DNA of 64,000 bases from Octopus sinensis. Lineage: Eukaryota. A program made the translations under genes and the position numbers. The stretch covers positions 33,480,001 through 33,544,000 of the forward strand of contig NC_043012.1 in assembly GCF_006345805.1 (NCBI RefSeq). Direction: 5' to 3'. Shown here one piece after another: positions 11,201 to 22,452 of the stretch. Numbering within the stretch: position 1 is the first letter of the stretch; the number at the start of each line of letters is the position of its first letter. The notes under the pieces are model-generated. The model ran no database searches. It had not been told where the DNA came from and saw only the letters and a program-made list of their open reading frames with translations.

Positions 11201-11682
11201 TTTCTATCTGGACACGAGCCAACACAATCTACATCCGCTTTGCAAATTGTGTTAAAGTCTCCTAGCACCACTAATGAATGGGAAATACCAAGAAATTTTT
11301 CTAGATCACGAAAATAATCACTTTGCCCTTTTTTACTGTTGGGTGCGTAAATTGCAACCAGTCTGATAACTTTACCATTACTGAACGTCAAATCCATGAC
11401 GACCAGCCTACCTTCTGGATCTGCAAAAATTAACTTTTTCTCAGAAACCCGGTTTCTTTTTAATAGGACCAACACCCCTCTCCCGCCTGTAGGACTGCCA
11501 GGAGAGAAAAAACTCTCGTAGCCGTCAAACAGCGGGAGTAGACCTCTTGGCCCCTCTAACCAGGTTTCTGTAGCAACAATAACATCTAAATTACGCGACC
11601 TGATATCATGCAGGAAGCGACCTTGCTTCCAGCCTGCTCCCAGGCTGCGCACATTCAAACAACCGACATAAATGTAATCCAT
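8299..11682 (-). CDS. LINE ORF2: APE endonuclease + reverse transcriptase + C-terminal zinc finger
   Basis: 1127 aa open; NVRSL, ETW, GDFN, YLDR, SDH (APE); PGLDG, FRPITLLN, DQSKAFD, RQGCPLSP, YADD (RT); CPRC...H...C; last ~8 codons probably frameshifted (alternative frame NVARKLRV). Confidence 0.92.
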   Translation of the reverse strand: MDYIYVGCLNVRSLGAGWKQGRFLHDIRSRNLDVIVATETWLEGPRGLLPLFDGYESFFSPGSPTGGRGVLVLLKRNRVSEKKLIFADPEGRLVVMDLTFSNGKVIRLVAIYAPNSKKGQSDYFRDLEKFLGISHSLVVLGDFNTICKADVDCVGSCPDRKGNSGFMDLLSRFELADPYRMEFPNAPLWTWSNSDGSSRSYLDRILIRKVDRKIAKCPQFYPISYSDHKMVTCKLDIDKVKNRGSGYWKLNTSLLAIKEYKDRIRDIIQRALSGTIINNKWWYALKRAIKFESIRYSRGVVAREARRETTLVKELEEALKTGSAAQVASKRLVLNQHLKAKHMGCIVRARIRHMGCEGINAVRWARVVEAQHGNGATNRSLTNQQGELINEPEEMCEAFQEHFAQLFGECGGLDRRRAFTDLLDGLPRLSGRDAEVCEGPITPEKVFEAMADCGAGKAPGLDGLPYELYKSMPDLFGHLLAEVYANWQQNGLIPRSVRRGVVTLVRKDPSKGECIDNFRPITLLNTELKILAKVLSKRLARVADGLIGEAQTCAVPGRSIQDNLHLMRYTIEGFNSDSGKGGVLVHLDQSKAFDRVDHRYLVSALAQFGLSLGFLGWIIQMYDNIDSVVRVNGFLSKPFKIKRSVRQGCPLSPLLYVMALEPLLRKLSGIPRQPGNGKSVSAYADDITIIVTEMDHLCKVGKAIEVYETVTGAKVNREKSVGLQLGTWRGKSMPPDSVVGRWTEGPIKLLGVRFGPDLQIEKNWGEVTSKVAAVAKTWSWRWLSLKERAEVANVFIASVITYRLSVVPCPDSWLTKLERQLFYFLWKGRKPFVKRSTCCQQPLKGGLGMPWLMMRRHALRLRHLWLYLDGERVWSPLAKLMFPKFTSFGGWETWSNRRSKLGTWYTECRKALLLFRRSGNACGGGSTTFFYRGLVEAECEDTLGETLGLDDNQLASLFRRTFKPRTLDNFQKSLAWQCYRGALPVRDKLARHGGRDSPICPRCGRDRETVPHAIVHCPDVSEVWVYAEQLLSGTRRVQLSTESITKIDPPDFLVNEGKFRFLVVVAIAKEVIWKTRVKGLQSGKFISGPGLMNYFIFHLKRKIGLERICLTRRVYEERWKMWHGSCE

Positions 11683-11690
11683 TACTTACC

Positions 11691-12600
11691 TTATATCAGT
11701 GGTTCGGTTTTTTCCTTTTCTTCTTTGTTTGTCTCTTTTTCTGGGCCTCGTGGGGGAGTCTGACGCAGGCCCTCGAATATATATGGAGATGTTATATCCA
11801 TTCTGAGCGGGCCTACGTCATGAAAAAATTCGGACTTTATCCGTCCGTAATCCTTCCGGCCTATTCTGTACAATACATAGTCATTTTTCCTCCCTATTTT
11901 TTCTACTTGGCCATCGCTGCCAACACATTACCGAGTCTATTGTTCGTGGCCTTAACGGCCATAAATGAGTTCAACGACTCTCTTTTTTCTTTTGTTTACT
12001 TTGGGAGGGGTGGTTTCAGTTTTTCTTTTTTTTCTAGTGATTTTTGACCACCCCTCCTCCTTTTTCGTTTCCTCGCTCTTTTTTCCTCCGCCGTTGGTTC
12101 CGCTGCCTCTGTCACCTCCACACCTTCAGCCGTCCCCCATGGGCCGACCAGCGCTGTTTCTGATGACACCTCTTCTGCTTTTCCGCTTGGCTGAGCTGCT
12201 TCCTGCGGTTTGGTTGGGGTTGGCATTCTGCCCTTACATGCCCTTTCTTACCGCAGCCGAAGCACCTCGGCTTTCTGCCCTCTACGAAGACTGTGACTCT
12301 ATCTTCTTCGCTTATCTTTAGAGTCTCTGGAATCTCCTCCAGGGTTTGTATTTCTGCCTGGATGGCTATTATTATCCGTTGCCCTTTCCAGAATTCTTCC
12401 TCCTCTACAGTGGCCTGGAGGATGTTTATTTTTTCCTCCAGGCCTACCATAACTGCTGCCACCAGAACTTCGGCATCCGCTTCTGGCGGAATATTATTCA
12501 TTGTGATCTTTGATGTTCTTTTGCCTTTATACAGGGGTAGGAGAACAATATCCTCCGCTTTTATTGGTTCCATGGATAGCTTCTTAGCTACCTCCTCTGT
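11691..12600 (-). pseudogene. LINE ORF1 (gag-like CCHC knuckle), truncated and frameshifted
   Basis: CFGCGKKGHVRAEC knuckle; continuation split over ORFs 12112-12573, 11996-12226 and 11691-11873; ends 8 bp before the ORF2 ATG. Confidence 0.75.
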
Positions 12601-12785
12601 TGAGTATTCAGTTGGTGAAAGTTCAGTTTTTGAGTATCGATGAATAAGTCACAGCAGTATATAATATTCTGAAGATTTTCAAGATTTTCACGTTTAAATA
12701 AGAAATGAAAATCAGTGAAAATTAATCATGCAAATAAAAGCCAATGGGAATATTCCACTCTCTACTATGAAAAAATAATTTAAGA

Positions 12786-12944
12786 GGTATTGGCAACATG
12801 AATGACAATGGCCAGAGACTATTTGAATTTTGCACATACCATCACCTGTGCATCACTAACACATTCTTTGCCAACAAGACATCCCACAAGGCATCTTGGA
12901 GACATCCAAGGTCTCACCACTGGCATCAGCTGGATCTCATCATT
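12786..12944 (+). mobile_element. 159-bp duplicate of the 5' end of the downstream RTE copy
   Basis: Near-identical to 13376-13534. Confidence 0.9.
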
Positions 12945-13375
12945 TTTGCATAAGTGTGCATTGGATCTAATCATCTAATTGGACCGTATTTTCAAAAAGC
13001 TTTTATATTCTAAAAAATTATATTTTAAAGTTTAAGAAAATTATAAGACGCTGAATATTTATGCTTACAATATACTAAAATGTCTGTAATATTTTATATA
13101 GGGATGAATAAATGAATTCTTGTGTCCCCTATATCTAATTTTAAAATTAGTAGTACTCCCTATATAAATTTTCCTAAGTCCGGAGCGTTAAACTAATAAC
13201 GTTGTTTGCTGTTTATACACCCGTCTTCGTCTTTTGTTCGTTTCTTTTGTAAATTCCAAATATATATGTATGTATGTGTGTGTATGCATATATATATGGA
13301 TTTCGCAGACAGGAACTGAAACAAATCGATCGTATATATTATATATGTATGTGTATATGTAAGTGTATGTGTTTT

Positions 13376-16080
13376 GGTATTGGCAACGTGAATGACAATG
13401 GCCAGAGACTACTTGAATTTTGCACATACCATCACCTGTGCATCACTAACACATTCTTTGCCAAGAAGACATCCCACAAGGCATCTTGGAGACATCCAAG
13501 ATCTCACCACTGGCATCAGCTGGATCTCATCATTACACGAAGACCCTTTCTGAATTCTGTTCAACTGACTCGTAGTTACCACAGTGCGGATTGTGACACA
13601 GATCATTCACTAATAAGAAGCAGGGTGAGGATTCTGCCTAAAAAGTCCATCACTCCAAGAAAATGGACCGACCACGCATTAACACTGCCAGAATCTCCGA
13701 CCCTACACTGCGACAATGTTTTGCTGTTTCTATCAAAGTTGCCCTCAGTAGCTGTCCAACTACTTCTGCTGAAAGTGGGTGGAATTATATCAGGGAAGCT
13801 TTGTATACCACATCAATAGATACTTTCGGCATGAGAGAAAGGCAAAACCCAGATTTTGTTCAGTGCTGGGCTCTCAGAGCTGGAAACAGTTATCGAAACA
13901 AAGCGTGCAGCTCTGATGCAATACAAGAGTGATTCTTCTATAAAGTCACTCGAAGAACTCAGAACGGCAAGAAATAAAACCCAACTGACTGCCAGACGCT
14001 GTGCAAATAGGTATTGGCAGGAAATCTGCCAGGGAATCAAGTCAGCTGCTGACAGTGGCGACACCTGTGGGATGTAAGCCGGTTTGAAGAAGGTCCTCGG
14101 TCCATCCGCAACCAAGTCAGCCCCTCTGAAATCAACTACTGGAGATCTCATCAGGACCAAAGCAAGCAAATGGATAGATGGGTGGAGTACTACCTGGATC
14201 TCTACTCACGAGAGACCACGGTAGCTGAAGCTGAAATCGAGGGTGTCAAGATCTTGCCAGTCATCTGTGAACGTAACAGCCTGCCATCTATAGCAGAGCT
14301 CACCAAGGCTATTGACTCCATAGCAAGTAACAAGGCTCCGGGAAAAGACGGCATCCCCTTAGAGATCATCAAAACCGGCAAAAACACCATCCTGCCTCGG
14401 CACATTCATGAGCTTCTGTGTCAGTGCTGGGAAGAGGGTACAGTCCCTCAGGATATGTGGGATGCTAACATCATTACTCTTTACAAAAACAAAGGTGACC
14501 GTGGTGATTGTAACAATTACCGTGGAATATCTCTTCTAAGCACTGTTGGAAAGGCCTCTGCTCGCATTATCCTGTCCAGGCTGCAACTGCTTGCTTCTCG
14601 AATTTATCCAGAATCGCAGTGTGGCTTTAGAAGAAGCAGATCAACTATTGACATGATATTCTCCATACGCCAACTTCAGGAGAAGTCCAGAGAGCAGAAA
14701 ATGCCATTATATATGGCCTTCATTGATCTGACAAAGGCCTTTGACTTGGTAAGTAGAAAAGGCCTCTTCATCCTGCTCCAAAAAATCGGATGTCCACCAA
14801 AGCTGCTGAGGATCATCACATCTTTCCATGATGATATGCAAGGCACCATACAGCACAATGGTTCAACATCAGCCGCCTTCCAAATAAAAAATGGGGTAAT
14901 GCAAGGTTGTGTCCTTGATCCTACATTATTTGGCATCTTCTCGCTGCTGCTGTCACATGCCTTTGTGGCATCAGATGATGGAGTGTTTCTGCACAGTAGA
15001 AGTGATGGGAAACTGTTCAATCTCTCGCGTCTGCGTGCCAAGACCAAACTCAGAAGGAGATGCTATTTTCTGATGATGCCGCTCTGGTATCACACACAGA
15101 AGAATCCCTACAAAGGCTCATCAACTGTTTTGAGCAAGAATGTGGCAACTTTGGCTTAGTTATCAGCCTCAAGAAGACCAACATCATGGGTCAGGCTACA
15201 TCGACCATCCCAAACATACATATTGGAGACCACAGAATACAGGAAGTGGATAAGTTTACCTATCTTGGCTCAACCGTCACCTACAACCTATCCCTTGATA
15301 CTGAGCTCAATATACGCATTGGCAAGGCAGCTGATGTGATGGCTCAACTCTCCAAACGGGCATGGGATAACAATAAGCTGACCAAGACCACAAAAATGAA
15401 GATTTACCAGGCATGTGTACTTAGCACTCTACTGTATGGAAGTGAAACTTGGACGCCATACACACGACATACGACACCATACGTCGCCTAAATATCCTTC
15501 ACCTGCGCTGCCTCCGGAAAATCCTTCGCATCAAATGGCAGAATCATGTCCCCAACAAAGATGTCCTCAAGCAAGCAGGGAATACCAAGCATGTTTACAC
15601 TCCTCACACAAAGACGTATGAGATGGCTTCGACATGTTAGCCGTATGGAAGATGGCAGAATCCCCAAGGACATACTCAACGGAGAGCTTGCTAGGGGCAC
15701 TAGGTCTGTGGAAAGACCGTTCTTACGATACAAGGATGTTTGCAAAAGGGACATGAATGCCTGCAACATCAATATTACCAACTGGGAAGCAGTTGCCAGC
15801 AACCGTGGAGATTGGCAACGTACCGTAAAAGAGGGAACACAAAGGAGTGACAAAGAGGGAGAGGAGAAATGGGAAGACAAGAAAATACGTCAACAAGAAA
15901 GTATGACATTACAACCAGTCTTTGCTACATTTGCGGTACCTGCCAGAGGGAGTGTTTGTCCAGGATAGGACTACACAGCCACAGCAGGAGATGTATTCGG
16001 ACATGAAATGTAAAAGCCGGACTAAATTATTTTATGCGCAACTCCATTGTCTACCGAGACAAAAAGGATGCCAACAACAA
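13376..16080 (+). mobile_element. RTE/BovB-like LINE, 5'-truncated and decayed
   Basis: NDNGQRLLEFC...WRHPRSHHWHQLD...CDTDH (APE); NYRGISLL, ESQCGFR, FIDLTKAFD, QGCVL, FSDD (RT); LLYGSETW; 3' (CAA)n tail; several frameshifts. Confidence 0.92.
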
Positions 16081-16290
16081 TATATATGGATTTCGTAGAC
16101 AGGAACTGAAACAAATCAATCGTATATATATATGTATATGTGTAAGTGAATGTGTGTGTGGCTTTGTGTCTGTGTTTCGCCCTCATCACTGCTTCACAAC
16201 TGCTGTTCATTTATTTACATCCACAAAACTTACTGGTTTCACAAGAACAAACTAATAGAATAAGTACTAGGCTTATCAACATAAAAAAAG
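16081..16290 (+). mobile_element. Degenerate SINE family A fragment (RTE target; first ~75 bp also at 13291-13373)
   Basis: ggatttcgtagacaggaactgaaac...cgtatata and aatagaataagtactaggctt match family A. Confidence 0.6.
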
Positions 16291-16349
16291 CACTAGGCTG
16301 TGTCTCATATTTTTGTTTACCCACTCAGTTGTATCTATCAATTTATCTT

Positions 16350-16595
<246 letters not shown>

Positions 16596-16712
16596 AGTAA
16601 ATAATTTCTATAAAGGCTTTTAAAAAAAACCCCAATTATTTACTGGTAGATTCGGTATGTAAATATAGCCGATTACCGGCAGGAACTTCTGTAAAGTTCA
16701 GTATATATATTG

Positions 16713-17323
16713 TATATAAGAAAAAGGGACAGGCAAAACAGGTTGCTTGACCGCATACCGAAAAAATAGAAATAGCAGTCAAGAATGCTTATTTCTATCA
16801 AAGTTGGACTCCGGGCATGACAAACCCTGCAATTCACATATGCAAAACAGAAGGAATAGATAACGAATACGAAGTCTGGCGCATGGCAAAATTTTGGAGG
16901 GAAGATTTACGAATTCAAACGTCTATGTAGGTTTAGCTTTTGCTCACTTTCTTCAAATATTTTGATGTCGCATGGTCAGAAGGTTTGAGGTACGTAGCAT
17001 TTGATAAATCTATGATAAATCTTTTTCAATGGAAAGCTGTGCTGAAGAAGGATGTGAAATATATATGCAATGTATATGAAATATATATCAAAAATATATA
17101 TGGAATATATATTCAATATGTTTATAATCCAGAAACATGATGTTCACAGATAACCGCCAGACTTCGTATTCGTTATCTATCCCTTCTGTTTTGCATATGT
17201 GAATTGCAGGGTTTGTCATGCCCGGAGTCCAACTTTGATAGAAATAAGCATTCTTGACTGCTATTTCTATTTTTTCGGTATGCGGTCAAGCAACCTGTTT
17301 TGCCTGTCCCTTTTTCTTATATA
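16713..17323 (+). mobile_element. Fold-back element with 169-bp inverted arms and an internal hammerhead motif (Penelope-like, non-autonomous)
   Basis: 16713-16881 is the reverse complement of 17155-17323 (1 mismatch seen); TA-rich flanks. Confidence 0.75.
17037..17149 (+). ncRNA. Type I hammerhead ribozyme-like motif with long stem II loop
   Basis: ctgtg CTGAAGA a ggat...atcc a GAAA cat-g-atg TT cacag; stem I ctgtg/cacag. Confidence 0.65.
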
Positions 17324-17330
17324 TATAAGA

Positions 17331-17659
<329 letters not shown>

Positions 17660-18238
17660 AATATATCTATATATATATATATATAATATATATATATATT
17701 ATATATAAAACACCCAAATTTTAGTAATTTCTTTTATGATCCAAAACTAGGTCAAAAGTACTGAATGGATCTATATGAAATTTGGAAATTATATTCTAAG
17801 CATAAGGGCCATAACCTCCATGACAATTCATATATTTTTGCTGTTGATGAAATTTTAACCATAAATGAAGTAATATTTATAAAATTTCATCTTCTTACAA
17901 AGTTAGAAAGACCCCTCCATGGTGACTTAACACCCACAATTTTGTCATTTTATCTAAGCAAAAACGAATACAGTTGTGCCCTTGGAAGCTGTAGGATTAC
18001 CCGAGCATAAAAGTTGGGCATTATTTCTAATTCAATGGTACAACAATGTAACAGTTTGCTTTGACATACACTTAGATTGTGATTTCTGCAATGTGGTGCA
18101 TAAATTGTTAAGTAAATGAGAGGCATCTTTGTCTCCACTGATTCAGTTGCAAAGTGTTGAGTAAAGTTATTTGATTGCAGACCCCTTTCAGTCTTTTTAT
18201 TATCACTCGGTCACACATAGTCGCCTTTTTATATATAT

Positions 18239-18338
18239 NNNNNNNNNNNNNNNNNNNNNNNNNNNNNNNNNNNNNNNNNNNNNNNNNNNNNNNNNNNNNN
18301 NNNNNNNNNNNNNNNNNNNNNNNNNNNNNNNNNNNNNN
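18239..18338. other. Assembly gap
   Basis: 100 N. Confidence 1.
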
Positions 18339-18431
18339 AACAGGTGTGCAAATTTGCAGCTCAATCAGACCATATATGCACACATTATATATGTGCAACG
18401 CATTAAAATATATATATTTACATATATACAC

Positions 18432-18549
<118 letters not shown>

Positions 18550-18700
18550 TGTTTTTCTGTGTATCTTTCTGTCGAAGAGCGTAAGCTCGAAACGTAAAAG
18601 ACTTGTTTTATTTCTATTCCTGACGCCATACTAATACATTTGTTTGTTTGTACTCCACCTGCCTTCGTCTTTTGTTCATTTTCGTAAACCTTCCCGTTAT
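18550..18700 (+). mobile_element. Short (TA)n-embedded element with minimal hammerhead-like motif (18564-18601)
   Basis: tcttt CTGTCGA a gagc-gtaa-gctc GAAA c GTA aaaga (one core substitution); its 3' part resembles 13180-13262. Confidence 0.6.
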
Positions 18701-18720
18701 ATATATAATATATATATATA

Positions 18721-18761
<41 letters not shown>

Positions 18762-18928
18762 AGGCGTAGGAGTGGCTGTGTGGCAAGTAGCTTGCTTACG
18801 AACCACATGGTTTCGGGTTCATTCCCATTGCGTGGCATCTTGGGCAAGTGTCTTCTACCGTAGCCTCGGGTCGACCAAAGCCTTGTGAGTGGATTTGGTA
18901 GACGCGGAAACTGAAAGAAGCCTGTCGT
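18762..18928 (+). mobile_element. tRNA-derived CORE-like SINE (family A), 5' half
   Basis: A box tggctgtgtgg, B box gggttcattcc, CORE-like catcttgggcaagtgtcttct, ggaaactgaaagaagcc. Confidence 0.85.
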
Positions 18929-19040
18929 ATATATATGTATGTATATATATATTTATATTTATATATAAAGAAGAAAATATACAAGAATCGCCCATCTCAA
19001 ATTTATATGTGTGTAATATATATATATATATATATACACA

Positions 19041-19251
19041 CAGGGTGTCCCAGAAGTTGCGCACCATTCTGGTTTTCTTAAAGGAACACACCCTTATTGA
19101 TTTCAAAAACACTTTATTGAAATTAATCGTAAGAAATGCTGAAATTGAGCGCCCTCTACAATAAAACATACCAGAAAAAATATAATAAAATAAAATGCTT
19201 TAATTATTTAAAATGGAAACCAGAATGGTGCGCGACTTCTGGGACACCCTG
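19041..19251. mobile_element. Tc1/mariner-type MITE (211 bp)
   Basis: ~35-bp TIRs cagggtgtcccagaagttgcgcaccattctggttt / aaaccagaatggtgcgcgacttctgggacaccctg, in a TA/CA microsatellite. Confidence 0.85.
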
Positions 19252-19288
19252 TATATATACACACACACACACATACACACACACACAC

Positions 19289-19328
<40 letters not shown>

Positions 19329-19480
19329 ACACAAACAATATATAACTTGTAAAATAATGTACGCGCGCGCACACACATACACAGAAACACAAACAAACAC
19401 AGGCACATACACACACACTCACACGCACATAGATGCAAAATAAAGTGGGGTAATTATTTTATTAAAGTCGAAATTTCTAC

Positions 19481-19522
19481 AAACTGTTACAGAGTTTCAC
19501 GTGACTGTTCGTCAGACAGTTT
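19481..19522 (-). ncRNA. Minimal type I hammerhead ribozyme-like motif
   Basis: Minus strand: aaactgt CTGACGA ac-agtcac-gt GAAA c-tct-g TA acagttt; perfect 7-bp stem I and canonical core. Confidence 0.7.
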
Positions 19523-19540
19523 TGATAAAACATACAATTG

Positions 19541-19586
<46 letters not shown>

Positions 19587-20080
19587 ACATACGCACAAAC
19601 ACTCACTGACATAAACACACGTTCATATGCATGCAAGCATGCCCACACAGACATACACACACACACACGTACACACGAACACACATAAACACACACGTAC
19701 ACACGAACACACATAAACACACACATACACATTTACATACACACTCACGCAAACGACCTTAGACACAAAAACACCTATACACACATAATCACACACACAT
19801 ACATGCACACACACACACACACACACACACACCACGCACACGCACACGCACGCACACACACACAAATAGAAACCTCCCGCTCTCTCCATACACACTTTTA
19901 TCAGAGTTTGATCAGTGCAGCAATCAAAACCTACATTTGGTTAACAACAGAAAAGCGGGGGTGAGGAACCAGGTTATAGAGGGCGGTGCAGCGAGGGTAA
20001 GGTGACTACAAAAAACATAAATATATACATACATATATATATTATACATACACACACACACACCACACACCACCACACAC

Positions 20081-20136
<56 letters not shown>

Positions 20137-20489
20137 GTATAAAATGTAGCGATATATATACAATATCAAACTAATGTAGTACCGTATGGAATCGAAGCAA
20201 AAATATAATAAGATAAAATATCAAACCAATATAAAACAATAAATAGGTTTATACTGAGGTAACCATTGTTTTGTGAACATCAATTTTTATTGAATCTACA
20301 TTGAATACCGATAAAATATCTATTTCTTAAAGCGCACGCGCGTGCATACATACATGCATACACGCAAATACATGCATATAAATATATATGTATGTGTGTG
20401 TGTGTGTGTATACATATATATATACAGATAGATATAGATACAAACACACACAACATGCATATATATACATTAACTTCTCTTTCTTTCTT

Positions 20490-20563
<74 letters not shown>

Positions 20564-21149
20564 AGTCACACACGCATACATATTCATTGCGCAAACACGC
20601 GCGCACACATGCATAAGTGCATCTTCATCTGTAAGCATTCATGACAAATTTGTAAATATTTTGGGGGCAAAGCGAGGAAATGCTTTCCTCTACAAATATA
20701 GAGATAAATAAATAAATAATAGATCATGTTTTTCTCTGAAAAGACAACAAATAAAGGATTTAGGGAAAACACAACGCAGCTTTGAAAGAAAAATTTTAAT
20801 ACTTTAAAATATACATGATAAAAAAAATGAGAAAAAAATCTCCCAAAAGATTTTTAGTGAAAAATAAAAGATATATTTTAGATAAAATAAATCAACGAAA
20901 ACGAAGAAACACAAAATGGGGAAAATTTATTAAAAAAAAAAACAAACTTGTAAGGAATTTTTAGAATAACTTGAAAAGGACGTCAACTCCGCTTCAAAAT
21001 CTGCCATCAAGAACCGAAGTTAAAACTCTGAATTTACACCTACCCATGTCCCCAACCACAATAATTAATATTCTCTAAAGATTGAAAGACCATTAAAAAC
21101 AATATGATCAAGAAAAAGGAAAACAATAATCAACAGCTGATGGAAAAGT

Positions 21150-22030
21150 GTGCCGCGCAATGACAACAGCAAATTGGTCGTTGACGGATCGGAACTCTAT
21201 TACCTGTAACTCAATTCGCGGCAGATATTTTAGTTTTCTTGTGGCTTTTTGTTCCAACATTCATACCGAGCTGTAGACTGAAGGCAGTTTTGAACTTGAG
21301 TGGTTTTCCTCGGCGACTGCTGCAGCCCTCGGCAGAAGAACACAGAATGTTGTGAAAAGTCGATAAAAATTGAAGGAACACAAATGGTGGTAAATGATTG
21401 TATGAAGTGAAAAAAATCATCTGGATTTAATGGTGTTTTGTGATCTTATTACACATACCTACAAACTTGTTTACCGATGTCTACTACAAATGACAGAAGA
21501 ACGGGAGAATTCGCTGTTTTGTGAAGCCAGAGTGGAGCACTGTTGAGGGAGGACACGGAGATGTAACTAATAATTTATGACCCATAGTTCTGATGAATGC
21601 ACAGTTTCAGATCTTAGTCAAAGTGTTATCAAAAGAGTTGGCGCTTAATTTCGGTAATTTTGCCGGGGTAGTGCACACCTCCGTAATCCTGTGTAGATCT
21701 GTTCCCCCATCCCTTACACTTCGTACGGTATGTGAAGGAGAGAGTAAATATTACATGGATCAAACGAAAGCTTTTCATAAGCTCTTTCTTTGCTATTCGG
21801 TGACTATCTTCATGTCAGCCGGTTTCGACACCTTTTTAGAAACCTGTTTGCAGAAATGTACAGCTACATCTGCTCGGCAGTGACAATGAACGGTCGTTTC
21901 TCATAACCGTTTCGTCAGGGGTGACCCCATCATAAGCCTATTGTATGTGTTGGCTCTGCTGATGAAACCCTTTCGAAATGAGTCATGGGTGAGTCGTGTC
22001 GGCATATGCGGTCGACGTCACCGTAATAGT
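21150..22030 (+). pseudogene. Old, heavily decayed Tx1-like RT remnant
   Basis: TDVYYK*QKNGRI, PIVLMNAQFQILVKVLSKELA, DQTKAF, RQG*P, LLYVLAL are collinear with the ORF2 at 8299-11682. Confidence 0.7.
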
Positions 22031-22179
22031 GTCGTGCACTACGGAGGTTGAGGATTTTGGTATTGTTCGAAAAGGAATACGGAACGCTGCCAGGAGACAT
22101 CTTTAATATTATTTTGCATGTCACATAGAGAAACAAAAACCCCAAACGAAGTTAAAAACCAGAAAAATTAACAGAAATT

Positions 22180-22452
22180 ATCTGATTGGCAGGAGGTGTT
22201 ACATGGTAGATTCCCAAAGATAGTTGCAGCAAATAGTAGTGGTGAGACATGACTATGGTTGCAGAAAGGAAAGCCGAAAAAGAAAGTTTATAGTAGCTGC
22301 ATAAGATCAAGCATTAAGAACTAATTAGATAAAAATGCCAAAATAGACAAAAACCAAGTAGATTCCCATTGTAACTTATGCAAATCAAAAGAGGAAAGCG
22401 TTACTCATATAGTAAGGGAACGTGGCATGTTGGCACAGAAAGACTACAAGAA
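22180..22452 (+). pseudogene. R4/Dong-like LINE fragment (CCHC region), inverted relative to the adjacent RT
   Basis: LHGRF...DQALRT...CNLCKSKEESVTHIV...LAQKDYKKR. Confidence 0.7.

Larger units (their letters stand above)
8042..12600 (-). mobile_element. Tx1-like (L1 group) LINE, 5'-truncated, with 14-bp TSD
   Basis: TSD tgaatattcagttg (8028-8041) / tgagtattcagttg (12601-12614); partial ORF1, ORF2 and a ~260-bp 3' UTR. Confidence 0.9.
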
